Positions 47,282 to 60,733 of a DNA stretch of 64,000 bases are shown in pieces. The notes below the pieces were generated by a model that was not told the origin of the DNA, searched no databases, and saw only the letters and a list, made by a program, of their open reading frames with translations. How positions within the stretch are numbered: the first letter of the stretch is position 1; each line of letters opens with the position of its first letter. This DNA comes from Octopus vulgaris (Eukaryota): assembly GCA_951406725.2 (NCBI GenBank), contig OX597824.1:85870001-85934000 (forward strand), given 5' to 3'. The position numbers were made by a program, and so were the translations under genes.

Positions 47282-48807
47282 TCTATATACCAATACTGAA
47301 AGGTCGCCATAGTAGCATTTCCATTGTACTTTTGAAAATGTGAACGATTGTCGTTTTGTTTAGATCCAAGTTTGGGTTTTTCCTACCTTAAGAAATTAGT
47401 GTGTGAGTGTGGATGAGGGTGGGGGTATTTCCAGCAGATCAAGCTACTGCATAAATGCAGTTCTGATTGGTTCGTAATTAATTACAAGAGGCTCATCAGA
47501 TGCATCAAATTTCAAAAAATTTCGTTTCGAAATTTCCACGCTACAATATCGTCTGTTTCCACGTTAATGGCTTCATTATTAAGTATGGATCTTTGCGCTG
47601 GACAAGACAAGTGAAGTAACTTACCCAGCGAGAACACGGCCGAACTCAACACAATCAAGTCATTACGAATTGATGACAATCATTCATTTCTACATGTTTT
47701 ATCCAAATTTTATTAATCATTACAAGCCGTTCTACAGTTTTAGTCAATCATTTTTTTTTCCCACACTAAAAAAAATATAAAATTTAGTTATCTCCAATTC
47801 TCATTGAACGAATAATTAAAGACAATTTTAAAGAACCACAAAGAATTGAAATTCAGAGAATAGCGAATGTCTGATGCACAGTTTGAATAAATCAATCGAG
47901 TTAGACAACCGGAGATTAACAGAATCAATAACTTGAGGGCGGTTATGTCATCGTAATTTCAAATCAAAATTGATATATTTATACGTAGGCAGCTTGGTAT
48001 TGAAGCGTAGTTAACAACATAAAGAATGCTACGAAAACATTTATAACTTAATAGAATTTTAAACTATAATACATAACCTAATCAGTACCAGTGAAGCAAT
48101 GTTTAGTAATCTTTTATATTCTCACAACTAAATTGTACAAAGTGAATAGAAAACTGAGTACATTATTTTGAAGACATAAGGAGTAAAAAAAATAAGTCAT
48201 TCGTATATAGATTGTCTGTCTCATTGTAAACATGTTTATTGATTTCAAGAAAATTGTTATTATCTGAAAATAAAATTATGGTTTGTTCAGAGTAAATGAA
48301 ACCATTTGTATTGTTACAGGTTCTGATGACACGGTTTTATCGATTTCTCTTGTAACATTCAGTGCAGTAGCAAACACATTAACGTAGACAGAAGCATATT
48401 TTGGTATTCTGTCACCATCGAGTATTTTTCCCCCACCCGTGAAAACGTCCAGCTTAATTTTCCCCCGATTTTCCGTCCAGTTTAATTCAACCGAGCGTAA
48501 ATGACCGAAGCAGTCGCACTTCCGGCTAAATAATTAAGGAATTACATTATACAATAAAGCTCTTCCTTTTGGTTTCGAAATCTTGCACTTTTCAAAGACG
48601 ATTACCTCTTTGGTATTTTATTCAATGGGATGAATGAGGCTAAGTACCAGTATTGCATTCAGGTTGAATCAGTTGACTATAAACGTTCAGTATTTGAAGG
48701 CATAAGCGACACAGGGGCATATTAGACACATCATGATTTCAGCAGCGCTGAAATTGTGTCGAAAAATATATTTAGTGCATTAAAGGATGTTAATATTAGC
48801 TAAAGGG

Positions 48808-49420
48808 GAGGCAGCGAGCTGGCAAAATTGTTTGCACGCCGGGCGAAATGCGTAGCCGAATTTCGTCTGTCTGCACGTTCTGGGTTCAAATTTGCCTTTC
48901 ATCCTTTCGGGGTCGATTAAATAAGTACCAGTTACGCACTGAAATCGATGTAATCGACTTAATCCGTTTGTCTGTCCTTCTTTGTCCTCTCTGTGTTTAG
49001 CCCCTTGTGGGTAGTAAAGAAATAGGTATTTCGTCTGTCTGCAGGTTCTGGGTTCAAATTCCGACGAAGTCGACTTTGCTTTTCATTCCTTTCGGGGGTG
49101 GGGTCTATAAATTAAGTAGCAGTTGAACACCCGCTCCAAAAATTCCTGGCCTTCTGTAAAAATTTGGAACTAATATTAGCTTGAGGAAAGGCGGCGAGCT
49201 GGCAAAATTTAGTACACCTGGCAAAATGCTTGGCGGCATTTCGTCCGTCTTTAATTTTGCCTTTCATCCTTTCGGGGGTCAATAAAATAATGTTTAGCGG
49301 CATTTTGCCCGTCTTTACTTTCTGAGTCTAAATTTTGCCGAGGTTGACACTGATTGTCATGCTTTCGGGATCGAGGAAATAAGCACCCGTTTAAAACTGG
49401 GGTCGATGTAATCGACTTAA
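48808..49420 (+). mobile_element. SINE family B multimers
   Basis: Heads at about 48808 and 49190; taatattagct repeated at 48791 and 49171. Confidence 0.85.
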
Positions 49421-50069
49421 ACCTGGGGTGGTTTTTTTAAAAACATTTTTTGCGGGGTCGTTTTACATGCCATCAAATATAATACTTCCCTGTTGTCATG
49501 TGTTAATGTAAGAAATCAATTCTTGTATTCTATTTATGTAACGAATCAATCAATTAGGCCAGAATTGTAGCAGTGATTAATTAATTCTAAAGGTATCGAC
49601 CTTTCAAGACGGGATTAAAATGTCTTCATAAACCGGTTAACAACCGGTTTCTAATGTACGTCTTGCCCACTCCTCTCAATTCTTTCCTCAAACCTCCTCA
49701 CCTGGCTTCATTTACCTCCCCAATGCTTTTATTAGCCCCTTACCTGCTTCTTGACAGCTACAACTCAAGGATTCAAAGATTGCAAGCTAGTATGTTGTTG
49801 TCGTTTCACCTTGGCACCCATCCGGACTACCCATAGAAATTGACCTCGACGTGTCTGAGCAGTTGAACAGGATTACCCTCATAGTATGTGCTATTTTTAG
49901 GACAATGAATATTCTCTCTTCTTTTGCTAATGACATTTTTGTAATAAAGATATATATATATATATATCCGAAATTGCTAGGATGATCCGGTTCCTGACTG
50001 AAGATTAGAGGTTTCGAATGACCCGTCCGTTTTTTGTGTCGTCTCTTTGTGTGTTTTGCGTTCTTGTCC

Positions 50070-50170
<101 letters not shown>

Positions 50171-50745
50171 AAAAGATATTCACAACGAAATAACAAATAT
50201 AGTATTTATATATATATAAAAAACGAAACTGTAAGCAAAAATTATACACACACACGTGTGTGGACTATGTTCAAGTTTTATCTTTATATTATATTTTCAT
50301 TTTTATTAGCTTTTTACAGTTTGCTTTGGAGTAGTAGAGTTCCTAAACCCATATCCGACGTTTCTAGACCTTCACAATCTATTATCAAATAGTGTGTGTG
50401 TGTGTGTGGTTTATTTAAATGCTAAAAGGACTTCTGAATTACCCGATATGTCAAGTCGAGTCAACCTGACATTACACCATCACAGGCAAATAGAATCTGA
50501 GCCACAGAACTACAAGGTAGTAAAGAATTTGATTGCACAATAAAAGCCATCGCTTACAACAATGAGCTGTCACAAGTCCACAGTCCCTATTTATTATCTG
50601 TTAAATAAACTGAATTGTATTCATGTCAAATGCCATTACTATTGACATAACGCAGCACCATTGACGAGATGTCTAGTGTGGTGCTCTAGCTACTAGCAAG
50701 CTGACATTTCTCATTGCTTTCCTGTGGAGACAACAGAACTGAATA

Positions 50746-51710
50746 CAGTGATCCCTCGCTACTTCGCGGTTCAACTATCGCGGATTCACCACTTCGCGGG
50801 TTTTAAATATATATATATGAGCGCCAAAAATGTTTCATTAAATCCATTAAAATATTAATAATGAATATTATTTCCTAGTCTAGGAACAACAAAACAAGCG
50901 TAAAATAGCAAAAAAGCATATCCAGTGGTATTTGAACTTAAGACGGGCTGTGATTGGTGCAATGGAGAGAGACGACGAATCTCAGCTTTCTATTTTGTAA
51001 TCTGGCCTGTATAACAGTAACAATCTTTATTTTTTAAAAATCTGAAGTGTTATTCTTAACGCCTTACTTCCCTGGGCATGGATACATTGAAACTCCGACG
51101 TCTGGCAGCTGACTTGGCAGAGACCCATAAAATTATTAACCATCTTACTGACAATAACTCTGAGCACCTTTTCAAACTCCATCTCTCTAACACCCGTGGA
51201 CATGTTTACAAAGTCAGAAAACAGCACAGCTCCCATGACTTTCGGAAACATTTTTTCACGCTAAGAGTTGCTGAAGCATGGAACAAACTGCCGGCATCAG
51301 TTGTTAGTTGTCGGAGCACTGCATCCTTCAAAACTTCCATGCTTCCTGAGATTTGCCAACACTACACCTGATTTTCTCCCCTCCATACACACGCAAGCAT
51401 GTATCTGACTCATACACTGTTCGCTTTCCAGACATTTGTACATCACTGCATATACTTTATACGCACTTTTTGGTGGTGCACCTGAGCACTGTATACAGTA
51501 ATTTCATTATTATTATTATTATTTCTTAACAGTTGTCCTTGTTATTAATAGACTACTGTAATGGGTGGGTTGTTAACAGTACAGGGATGGTTTTAAAAGT
51601 CTGAATACACGTTAAATAAATACTGTAAATATGGTGTCCCTACTTCGCGGAAATTCAGTTATCGCGGCCGGTCTCGGAACCATTCTACCGCGATAAACGA
51701 GGGATCACTG
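50746..51710. mobile_element. Tigger/pogo-like non-autonomous element hosting a LINE insertion
   Basis: TA|cagtgatccctcg ... cgagggatcactg|TA, with subterminal tcgcgg repeats. Confidence 0.88.
51061..51522 (+). mobile_element. CR1/L2-group LINE 3' end with (ATT)n tail and 8-bp TSD
   Basis: LKLRRLAADL...TRGHVYKV...RKHFFTLRVAEAWNKLPASVV; ttcttaac at 51053-51060 and 51523-51530. Confidence 0.9.
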
Positions 51711-52071
51711 TAGATATGAACTTGAACCATTGACTCAGTTTCAAATGTACTGAAGGTGTTTCGTTATATATTTGAGCAATGTCCTGCCCAATTGTTAAGA
51801 GATCAATACTAGACATTCTGAGAAAGTTACACATGATAGGGTGTTATACAAGTGTTTTACTGTCTCAACAACAATAACAGCAGCCACCACCTCTCGTTGA
51901 AGTGTTACTGGGTGTTTTACTTTACACAACTGTTCTGAACTTAAAGTCACCTAGCATCAACTTCCTTTCTGTCCATCCAGGTTCAATAGAAAGTATTGAA
52001 CCAAGGACTTACTTGGCTGCACAGTAAAACTGAAGGAATATCTAGCTCCGAAAAAAAAATATAGGTATTTA

Positions 52072-52492
52072 TAGGCGTAGGAGTGGCTGTGTGGTAAGTA
52101 GCTTGCTTACGAACTACATGGTTCCGGGTTCAGTCCCCCGGCGCGGCACCTTGGGCAAGTGTCTTCTATTATAGCCTCGTGCCGATCAAAGCCTTGAGTG
52201 GATTTGGTAGACGGAAACTGAAAGAAGCCCGTCGTATATATGTATATATATATATGCATGTATGTGTGTATATGTTGGTGTGTCTGTGTTTGTCGTCCCC
52301 CCCCCTCCAACATCGCTTGACAACCGATGCTGATGTGTTTACGGTTTACGTCCCCGTGACTTAGCGGTTCGGCAAAACAGCCCCGATAGAATAAGTACTA
52401 GGCTTACAAAGAATAAGTCCTGGGGGTCGATGTACTCGACTAGAGGAGGTGCTCCAGCATGTCCACAGTCAAATGACTGAAATAAGTAAGAG
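52072..52492 (+). mobile_element. SINE family A, full length
   Basis: Near-consensus copy. Confidence 0.92.
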
Positions 52493-52849
52493 ATGTATAT
52501 AAGAGAATCTAAGAGGGTTTTTTTTTGACACTGGTACGCAAATTTTTTTCTGTGCTTACTTACGAAACTCAAAGTTCCTACAAATATCTGTCACTTAGTA
52601 ATTAATGTACGTCAACAGGCATTTGAGAAGAATATTTCACATTCATCGCACAAACCGAGAGCAGATGAGTGACCTCTAAGTATGTTTCTGTCTGAAGCCA
52701 CCATCGCCTGCTTGTATTGTGTCTCTGCAGGTTATCAAACGATAGGGAAAAAACCATTGTTTCCAAATCTAGTGGACGAGGTTATCTTATTCTCAAGTAT
52801 CCTCTAGATACGCCCGGTTTCATTAGAACTGTAATAAATCCAGCCAATA

Positions 52850-53432
52850 AGGCGGCGAGCTGGTAGAAGCGTTAGCACGCCGGGCAAAATGCTTAGCGGT
52901 ATTTCGTCTGCCGTTACGTTCTGAGTTCAAATTCTGCTGAGGTCAACTTTGCCTTTCATCCTTTCGGGGTCGATAAATTTAGTACCAGTTACGCACTGGG
53001 GTCGATATAATCGACTTAATCCCTTTGTCTGTGCTTGTTTGTCCCCTCTATATTTTTAGTCCCCTGTGGGCAATAAAGAAATAAATATTAGCACGCCGGG
53101 TGAAATGCTTTGCGATATTTCGTCTGTCTTTATGTTCTGAGATCGACTTTGCTTTTCATCCTTTCGAGGTCGATAAATTAAGTACCAGTTACGCACTGAG
53201 GTCGATGTAATCGACTTAATCCCTTTGTCTGTCTTTGTTTGTCCCCCTCTGTATTTAGCCCCTTGTGGGTAGTAAAGAAATAGGTATTTCATCTGCCGTT
53301 ACGTTCTGAGTTCAAATTTCGCCTTTCATCCTTTCAGGGTCGATAAATTAAATACCAAGTGCGTACTGGGGATCGATCAAATCGACTGGCCCCTCCCCCA
53401 AAATTTCGAGCTTTGTGTCTAGTGTAGAAAAG
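52850..53432 (+). mobile_element. SINE family B trimer inside one 17-bp TSD
   Basis: aataaatccagccaata at 52833-52849 and 53433-53449. Confidence 0.9.
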
Positions 53433-54067
53433 AATAAATCCAGCCAATATAGCAATACATTTTTCAAGACAGACCTTGACTGATCACTGGACCATGTGTA
53501 CTCGGGGTTTGCTGTGAAACCTTGACTGATTTCAGATTAAGTCAACAGATAAGGTCATCGACAAACAATGGTGGCGGCATTTACTCGGGCGAGATGCAGA
53601 CTCAGAGCCAGTTAAAAAAGCTTGCGAACTGAATGACAATGAGCAAGTAAATAAATGACTACATAAATACCGTAAGGAATCAGGGTTATTATTTGTCTCC
53701 ACACAATGGTTAGAATATCGGATTTCAGAGGGGATGGGGAAACGAAGAATTTTAACACTTTCCAGAAACAAAATGAAACGTGTAACGCTTTCAGGACTTT
53801 TGATAACGGAATATTTTATGATGACAACAAAACAATACAAGTCGTTGATCAGGAGAGAGAAAGAATGCCACGAGAGAAAAAGAAGTTGTAGGAAATTAAT
53901 GTCAGTAACAGTTTGGGATCGTCTGCTAATTGAGAAGAAATTATGCGTACATACACGTTTCTCATCAAACGATAGAGAAAAACTATTGTTTCCAACTCTA
54001 GTCTACGAGGTTATCTTCTCAATTAAAAACGCATAGATACATACGCATTACAATACGTATAATATCT

Positions 54068-54073
54068 ATGTGC

Positions 54074-54111
<38 letters not shown>

Positions 54112-54630
54112 ATATGTATATATATATATATGTGTATATATATGTATATATATATATATGTATGTATATATATATATATATGTATGTATGTATATATATA
54201 TATATATGTATGTATGTATATATATATATATGTATGTATGTATATATATATGTATGTATGTATATATATATGTATGTATGTATATATATATATGTATGTA
54301 TGTATATATATATATATGTATGTATATATATATATATGTATGTATATATATATATATGTATGTATATATATATATATGTATGTATATATATATATATATG
54401 TATGTATATATATATGTATGTATGTATATATATAGATATATGTATGTATGTATGTATATATATAGATATATGTATGTATGTATGTATATATATAGATATA
54501 TGTATGTATGTATGTATATATATAGATATATGTATGTATGTATATATATAGATATATGTATGTATGTATATATATATATATGTATGTATATATATATATA
54601 TATATATGTATGTATATATATATATGTATG

Positions 54631-54669
<39 letters not shown>

Positions 54670-54716
54670 GCATATATATATATATATGTATGAGTATATA
54701 TGTATGTATATATATA
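54068..54716. repeat. Compound (TA)n/(ATGT)n microsatellite
   Basis: Direct reading. Confidence 0.95.
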
Positions 54717-54925
54717 TTTCTTTTGTTTCCGTCATTTGACTGCGGCCATGCTGGAGTACCACCTTTAGTCAAGCAAATCAATCCCAGGACTTATTATTTG
54801 TAAGCCTAATACTTATTTCTATCGGTCTCTTTTACCGAACCGCTAAGTTACGGTGACGTGAACACACCAGCATCGGTTGTCAAGCGATGGTGGTGGACAA
54901 ACACACACACACATATATGTATGTA

Positions 54926-54959
<34 letters not shown>

Positions 54960-55190
54960 CGACGGGCTTCTTTCAGTTTCCGTCTACCAAATCCACTCAC
55001 AAGGCTTTGGTCGGCCCGAGGCTAGAGTAGAAGACACTTGCCCAAGGTGCCACATACTTTTATTCCTTGACTTGTTTCAGTCATTTGACTGCAGCCATGC
55101 TGGAGCACTGCCTAAAAGGGTTTCATATTTGTCAGCTTAGTACTTATTCTATCGGTCTCTTTTGCCGAACCGTTAAGTTACGGGGACGTA
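54717..55190 (-). mobile_element. Two truncated SINE family A copies (54717-55052, 55068-55190)
   Basis: Tail and body matches. Confidence 0.85.
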
Positions 55191-56112
55191 AGCAATGACC
55201 TTTGCCTTGAAAGTGGTACTCTTTCAGATCTATGTAATTTTGTATATACTGACCTCAAAAATAACTTCACAAACCCTGTGTGGCTTGCAAATACAATCAT
55301 TGTTACTCCAACAAATGAAGCAGCACAATTTGTGAATGATTTTCTGTTGACCAGGATCCCTGGGGAGCTAAACGCATACAGAAGCTCAGATACAGTTGAT
55401 AATGACACTCTGTACCCAATCGAGTTCATCAACAGACTCACACCATCAGGGTTTCCACCACACATTCTCAAACCGAAGGAAAAGTTATGCATAATGCTTC
55501 TGAGAAATTTATATGCTACTTGTGGACATTGCAATGGCACACACTACATCATTGTCAGTTTACATGATGTTATTGAGGTTGAGGTCGCTTCTGGTCCTTA
55601 AGCAGGATCAACTCTGCTTATCCCAAGAATACCACATTTTTCTCAAGAAATGGAATTTCTATTTACATTTACACACAAACAATTTCCTGTCAAGTCAGCT
55701 TTTCCCTTGATGTGCAACAAAGGCACAGGGACAGACTTTTGAACAAATTGGAATATATCTTCCGACACAATTCTTCTCACATGGTCAGTTGTATGTTGCA
55801 TTATCTAGAGTTCGAAAGAAGACTAATGTAAAAACATTGGCTGAGAAAAATGGAAACAGTATTATTACTGACAATTGTGTCCACAAGGAGATACTACTTT
55901 ACTTTAAAGCAAAATATGCTTTTTAGCAAGTTTCAGTAAATAGAATTAACACATAAATTATATGTAAAGTAACATATTTGTGTGGAATTAAATTGTTTTG
56001 GTGTATTTCAATACATACCGAATGAATGATATCGTTATATTAGATCATTTTAAATTTGGGTATATTTGAAAAAGTAAGGAAACATCATTCCCATGTGTTC
56101 TCACAGCACTAG
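55191..56112 (+). pseudogene. Helitron RepHel PIF1-type helicase C-terminal relic with possible 3' end
   Basis: IVTPTN...VND...YPIEFINRLTPSGFPPH...IMLLRNL...CNGT...LIPRIP...QFPV...NK/AQGQTFEQIGIYL...FSHGQLYVALSRV; one stop and one frameshift; weak hairpin plus CTAG at 56092-56112. Confidence 0.9.
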
Positions 56113-56142
56113 ACTTTTGTGTGTCAGTGTGTCCATCCATCC

Positions 56143-56202
<60 letters not shown>

Positions 56203-56287
56203 GTCCATCTATCTATCTATCTGTCTGTCTGTCTATCTGTCTATGCACACCTATGTAAGTACTACCAATTATTAATGTAAGTTATAC

Positions 56288-56324
<37 letters not shown>

Positions 56325-57504
56325 CACATACATGTTTATATATACATACATATACATTACATACATGCATATACATACACATACATAACATACATGCATA
56401 TATATACATATACATTACCTACATACATACACATTACATACATGCATATACATACATACACATTACATACATGCACATACATACATACATACGTACATGT
56501 ATATTTATATATATATATACACACGTTTTTCAATTTATTTTCTGTGTAGCCCGTGACTAAATGATCCCCGGCCCGTTAAGTTGGATCGGGGAACCCAGTT
56601 TTCGGCTAATATAAAAGAACTTCTGTAAGGGTAAGGGGTCAGTCAGCATTGCAAGGATAAGCAGCCAAGGATAACGATGGTGGCGGACAGTAGTAGGCTT
56701 CTCGGACAGCAAATAAGATACGATAAAAGGACCTACTCAACCTAATTCCATTGTAAACAACAAAGTAAATACGGGTCCCACCGGATGTTTGGACAGTCAG
56801 TTTCCTGTCGACAAAAACACTACGAGTACAGTGTGTCCGGGGGTGGGGGGACGTAGGGGTGGAATATAATGGACGCTGTTCGAAAAGCAGCAACAGTCGT
56901 TCTTTTCTCCATCATTCTAATCAATGGAATCGTGCCAACGAGTTGGTGGGAGTGATGTGATAGCTAGTCTTCTAAGACCAATAGCAACCGAATCTCCCAT
57001 AAAGTCACATCTTACCATCGTAAAAAAAAAAAATGGGAGGAAGGGCAAAGATTTTGTGTCGAAATAGGTATCTTGTACCTCATGGCGAAGGAAAATTAAG
57101 GTTTACGTTTATGTTTTCCAGTTTCAGCTCTTGAGCTGTGGCCATGCTGGGGCACCGCCATTTTGTTGGGGTTTTTTTCATACTACAACCGCTGATACGA
57201 TTCTGAAATACATTTCCGAAAGTACCATTTTTTCCCCATATTTTTTAAACCACCCCCACCACGCCCGCTCCGGAACCTTTTTCCACGAGCTGTGATTATT
57301 CTCTCTCTCTCTCTTTCTCTTTCTGCATGTGTGTGTGTGTGCGTGCGCGCGTGTGCATGTGTTGACTAGAATAATATCAACGAAAGTGTTATTCCATAGT
57401 TTTTAAGATTTAAGAGTCTATTTGAGGAAGATCTCACTACTATTTCTAACGAGTCGTGCCATCTGAAGCATGTTCTTGTTTCTGTCTATTTTTTTTTTTT
57501 ATTT

Positions 57505-57775
57505 ATGCGCCCTTTTCAAGCCTAGCCAGACTCATGGGCCCGGTTTCCCGGTTTCTGTAGCGTATGTGTTCCCCCCAGCTGGACGGGACGCCAGTCTATC
57601 GCAGTGTTACCCAAGAAACAGGAAGAAAGAGTGAGAGAAGTTTGGACCAAAGAGTACAACAGGGGCTGCCACCACCCCCTGCCGGAGCCTTGAGGAGCTA
57701 TAAGTGTTTTCGCTCAATAAACACACATAACGCCCGGTCTGGGAATCGAAACCTAACCACTGGGCCATAGCGCCT
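57505..57775 (-). mobile_element. SINE family C variant
   Basis: Same tail and V-like domain as family C, with a different middle. Confidence 0.75.
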
Positions 57776-58058
57776 ATTTATTATATATTGTAAATTGTGA
57801 ACAACAGCGCCATTGGTCAGAAATAAAATGGGAAAGAGAACTACTACCCAGTGGGCCTTAGGTGTTAGCGGCAACTATGGACATAAACCATCCGGATTCA
57901 AACACCAGCTGCTCTTTGGCATGACGTAGCACCCAATAGCCAATCATTTTAAGGTTACATGTGAAGTCTTACGAAACTCATTCGCTAATCAATGATACCT
58001 ATATAGACTTGGTGACAATGGGTGTTATTTAATGAACCAACTAAATATTTGACTGGTT

Positions 58059-58238
58059 AGTGGAGGCGTGTGGCCTAGTGGTTAGGGTGTTGGACTCATG
58101 ATCATAAGATTGTGGTTTCGATTCCTGGACTAGGTGTTGCATTGTTCTTGAGCAAAACGTTTCATTTCATATTGCTCCAGTTCACTCAGCTGGTAAAAAT
58201 GAGTAATCCTGCGATCGGCTGGGATCCCATCCAGTGGG
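58059..58238 (+). mobile_element. SINE family C, 5' part
   Basis: Head, CORE-like domain and start of the V-like domain; cut off next to the mariner. Confidence 0.82.
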
Positions 58239-58246
58239 GGTAAATA

Positions 58247-58812
58247 ATGGGTTGTCCGGAAAGTTCGTGCCGATTTATAGTAGCTTACCTTTCGACTTAT
58301 TTTAGAACATGGTCGAGTCCTTAAAATAGGATTTGACTACACCTCCATTTAGAGCACAGTTTAAGCTATCTTTTCGTGGAAGAAGGTTTATGTTCCTATA
58401 ACCAGTGTTAATTCTGTAACCCTTTAAAATGGAAGGTAAGAAAGTTCATTTTCGGCACTTGGTGCTTTGGGAACCAGATGAAAATTGCTGCAGCTCGGCT
58501 GGGATGTATTACCCCACCCTCCATATTCACCAGATATTGCTCCTTCGGATTTCCACTTATTCAGGTCTCTGCAGAATAGTCTTAATGGTAAAAATTTCAA
58601 TTTCTTGGATGACGTAAAAAGATACCTTGATGAATTCTTTGCCATGAAACCACCTCAATTCTGGGAAGAGGGTATTTTCAAGTTAAAGGAAAGATGGAGA
58701 CACATTGTGCAACAAAATGGTTCATATTTGGTTGATTAAAAATGTAATGGCAAGTATTTATTGACCTCTTTCTTTCCTTTAAAAATCGGCACGAACTTTC
58801 CGGACAATCCAA
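58247..58812 (+). mobile_element. Non-autonomous mariner (same internal deletion as 38764-39445)
   Basis: TIRs with TA flanks; LGWDVLPHPPYSPDIAPSDFHLFRSLQNSLNGK...WRHIVQQNGSY. Confidence 0.93.
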
Positions 58813-59204
58813 TACTTTTCTATCTTATTTTTTGAGCAAGCCACTTCACACTATTTACCATTTTCTGCGAAGAGGGTCGAGAGTCCAGGACTTCTTTCAA
58901 GAAACACTTATTCTATAATCGCAGTTACATTTATTGACAAATTACTGGAAACTTAGCGAGACATATATTTGTTTACAGTCTACACATAATAATTTACCAA
59001 GGCACTACAAAGATACACACACATATATATATACATAAAATATCATATCAGCGGAATTAGGAAAATCTGAAACGATACTCAAAATTATTAATCAAAGAAT
59101 TGAGAAGATTGATTGATTGATTGAGTTTCTCTTGGACGTAATTCACTCTGCAATAACTGGACTGTTTTATTTGCTGCCATAAATCTGTGACATTATACTT
59201 CTTG

Positions 59205-59244
<40 letters not shown>

Positions 59245-59304
59245 TTACATGACATTAACGAAAGATGCTGAACTACAAAGATGTACGTGGAGTGATCGTT
59301 TAAC

Positions 59305-59960
59305 TTCTACTTCTTTCAGCCGTAAGATTGCGGTCATACTGGGGCACCGGCTTCAAGAATTTTAATCTAACGAATCGCCCCACAATACTTACATTTTTCT
59401 TTTTTTAAAACCTGGTTTTTATTCATTGGTTTCTTATGCTGAACTGCTAAGTTACGGGGACGTAAACACACCAACACCAGCCGTGGGGAACAAACACAGA
59501 CACACACACACACACGTATATACGACCGGCTTCTTTCAGTTTCCGTTTACCTTGGAGACGTTTTATTCCGTTTTATTCCTTGGCGACGTAGAAATTTAGT
59601 GACATTTCTATTTCCAAGTATATACTCTTTACTCTTCTACTTGTTTCAGTCATTTGACTGCGGCCATGCTGGAGCACCGCCTTTAGTCGAGCAAATCGAC
59701 CCCAGGACTTATTCTTTGTAAGCCCAGTACTTATTCTATCGGTCTGTTTTGCCGAACCGCTACGTTACGGAGACGCAAACACACCAGCATCGGTTGTCAA
59801 GTGATGTTGGGGGGACAAACACAGACACACAAACATATACACACACATACATACAGAGTAAGAGTAATGGTAAAGTCGACCTCGGCGGAATTTGAACTCG
59901 GAACGTAAAGCCGGAAGAAATGTCGCTAAGTATTTTGTCCGGCGTGCCAACTATTTTGCT
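59305..59960 (-). mobile_element. SINE fragments: family A (59305-59550, 59623-59850) and family B (59870-59960)
   Basis: Consensus matches. Confidence 0.8.
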
Positions 59961-60475
59961 GGCAAGCTACTTGTGAACAGAAAGTAATGACGATTCAAGA
60001 AAATAACATTAAGATTTAGTTTAGCAAATAGTGTGACAGTGTTTTCCATTTGCTTGACAGAGCCGAACAAACACACCTGCACACTCACACTCACCCATGA
60101 CCGACGTCATGTACTAATACCGAAAGATCGAATGTGTTTAATTATCAAACTATGTTCACTTGTTTAAGTGGTAAAATTTTACCGTTTAGGCTTGGTATAA
60201 CAGGAAAAAACAAACTCAGATTTTATTAACTGGTATTTTATAAACCCTGGATGGGTGAAAAGTAAAGTTAAGCACAGTTGAGATTTGACCTTGGGGCGAA
60301 AAACGGACGAAACAAAAGACACTGTTATGGTGTCTTTTTGATACATATACATGTCTAATAAAAGTAATAAAAATGTGGAAGCCAGAGTAATTTTAACAGT
60401 TGTAATAACCGAATTGGTTCCGTTGTTTATACCCCAGGTAAGCACTGACCTAATAATCAAGGGCTCTCCGTCTTC

Positions 60476-60519
<44 letters not shown>

Positions 60520-60669
60520 TGTTTATTTGCATCACTATTTCCATTTCAGCTTAACTGGATTTCTCTTATAGTCCCTCTTTACCCCGTGGACCGAGTTTTC
60601 AATAAAGATTTCGTTTGAGCACTACGTGTTCTCTATATTAGCATCTGTAACTCTGACCGTTTGACTATA

Positions 60670-60733
<64 letters not shown>

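Noticed and set aside
55278-55601. Host PIF1 helicase gene
   Set aside because: Intronless, with a stop and frameshift and Helitron-type motifs; a transposon relic.
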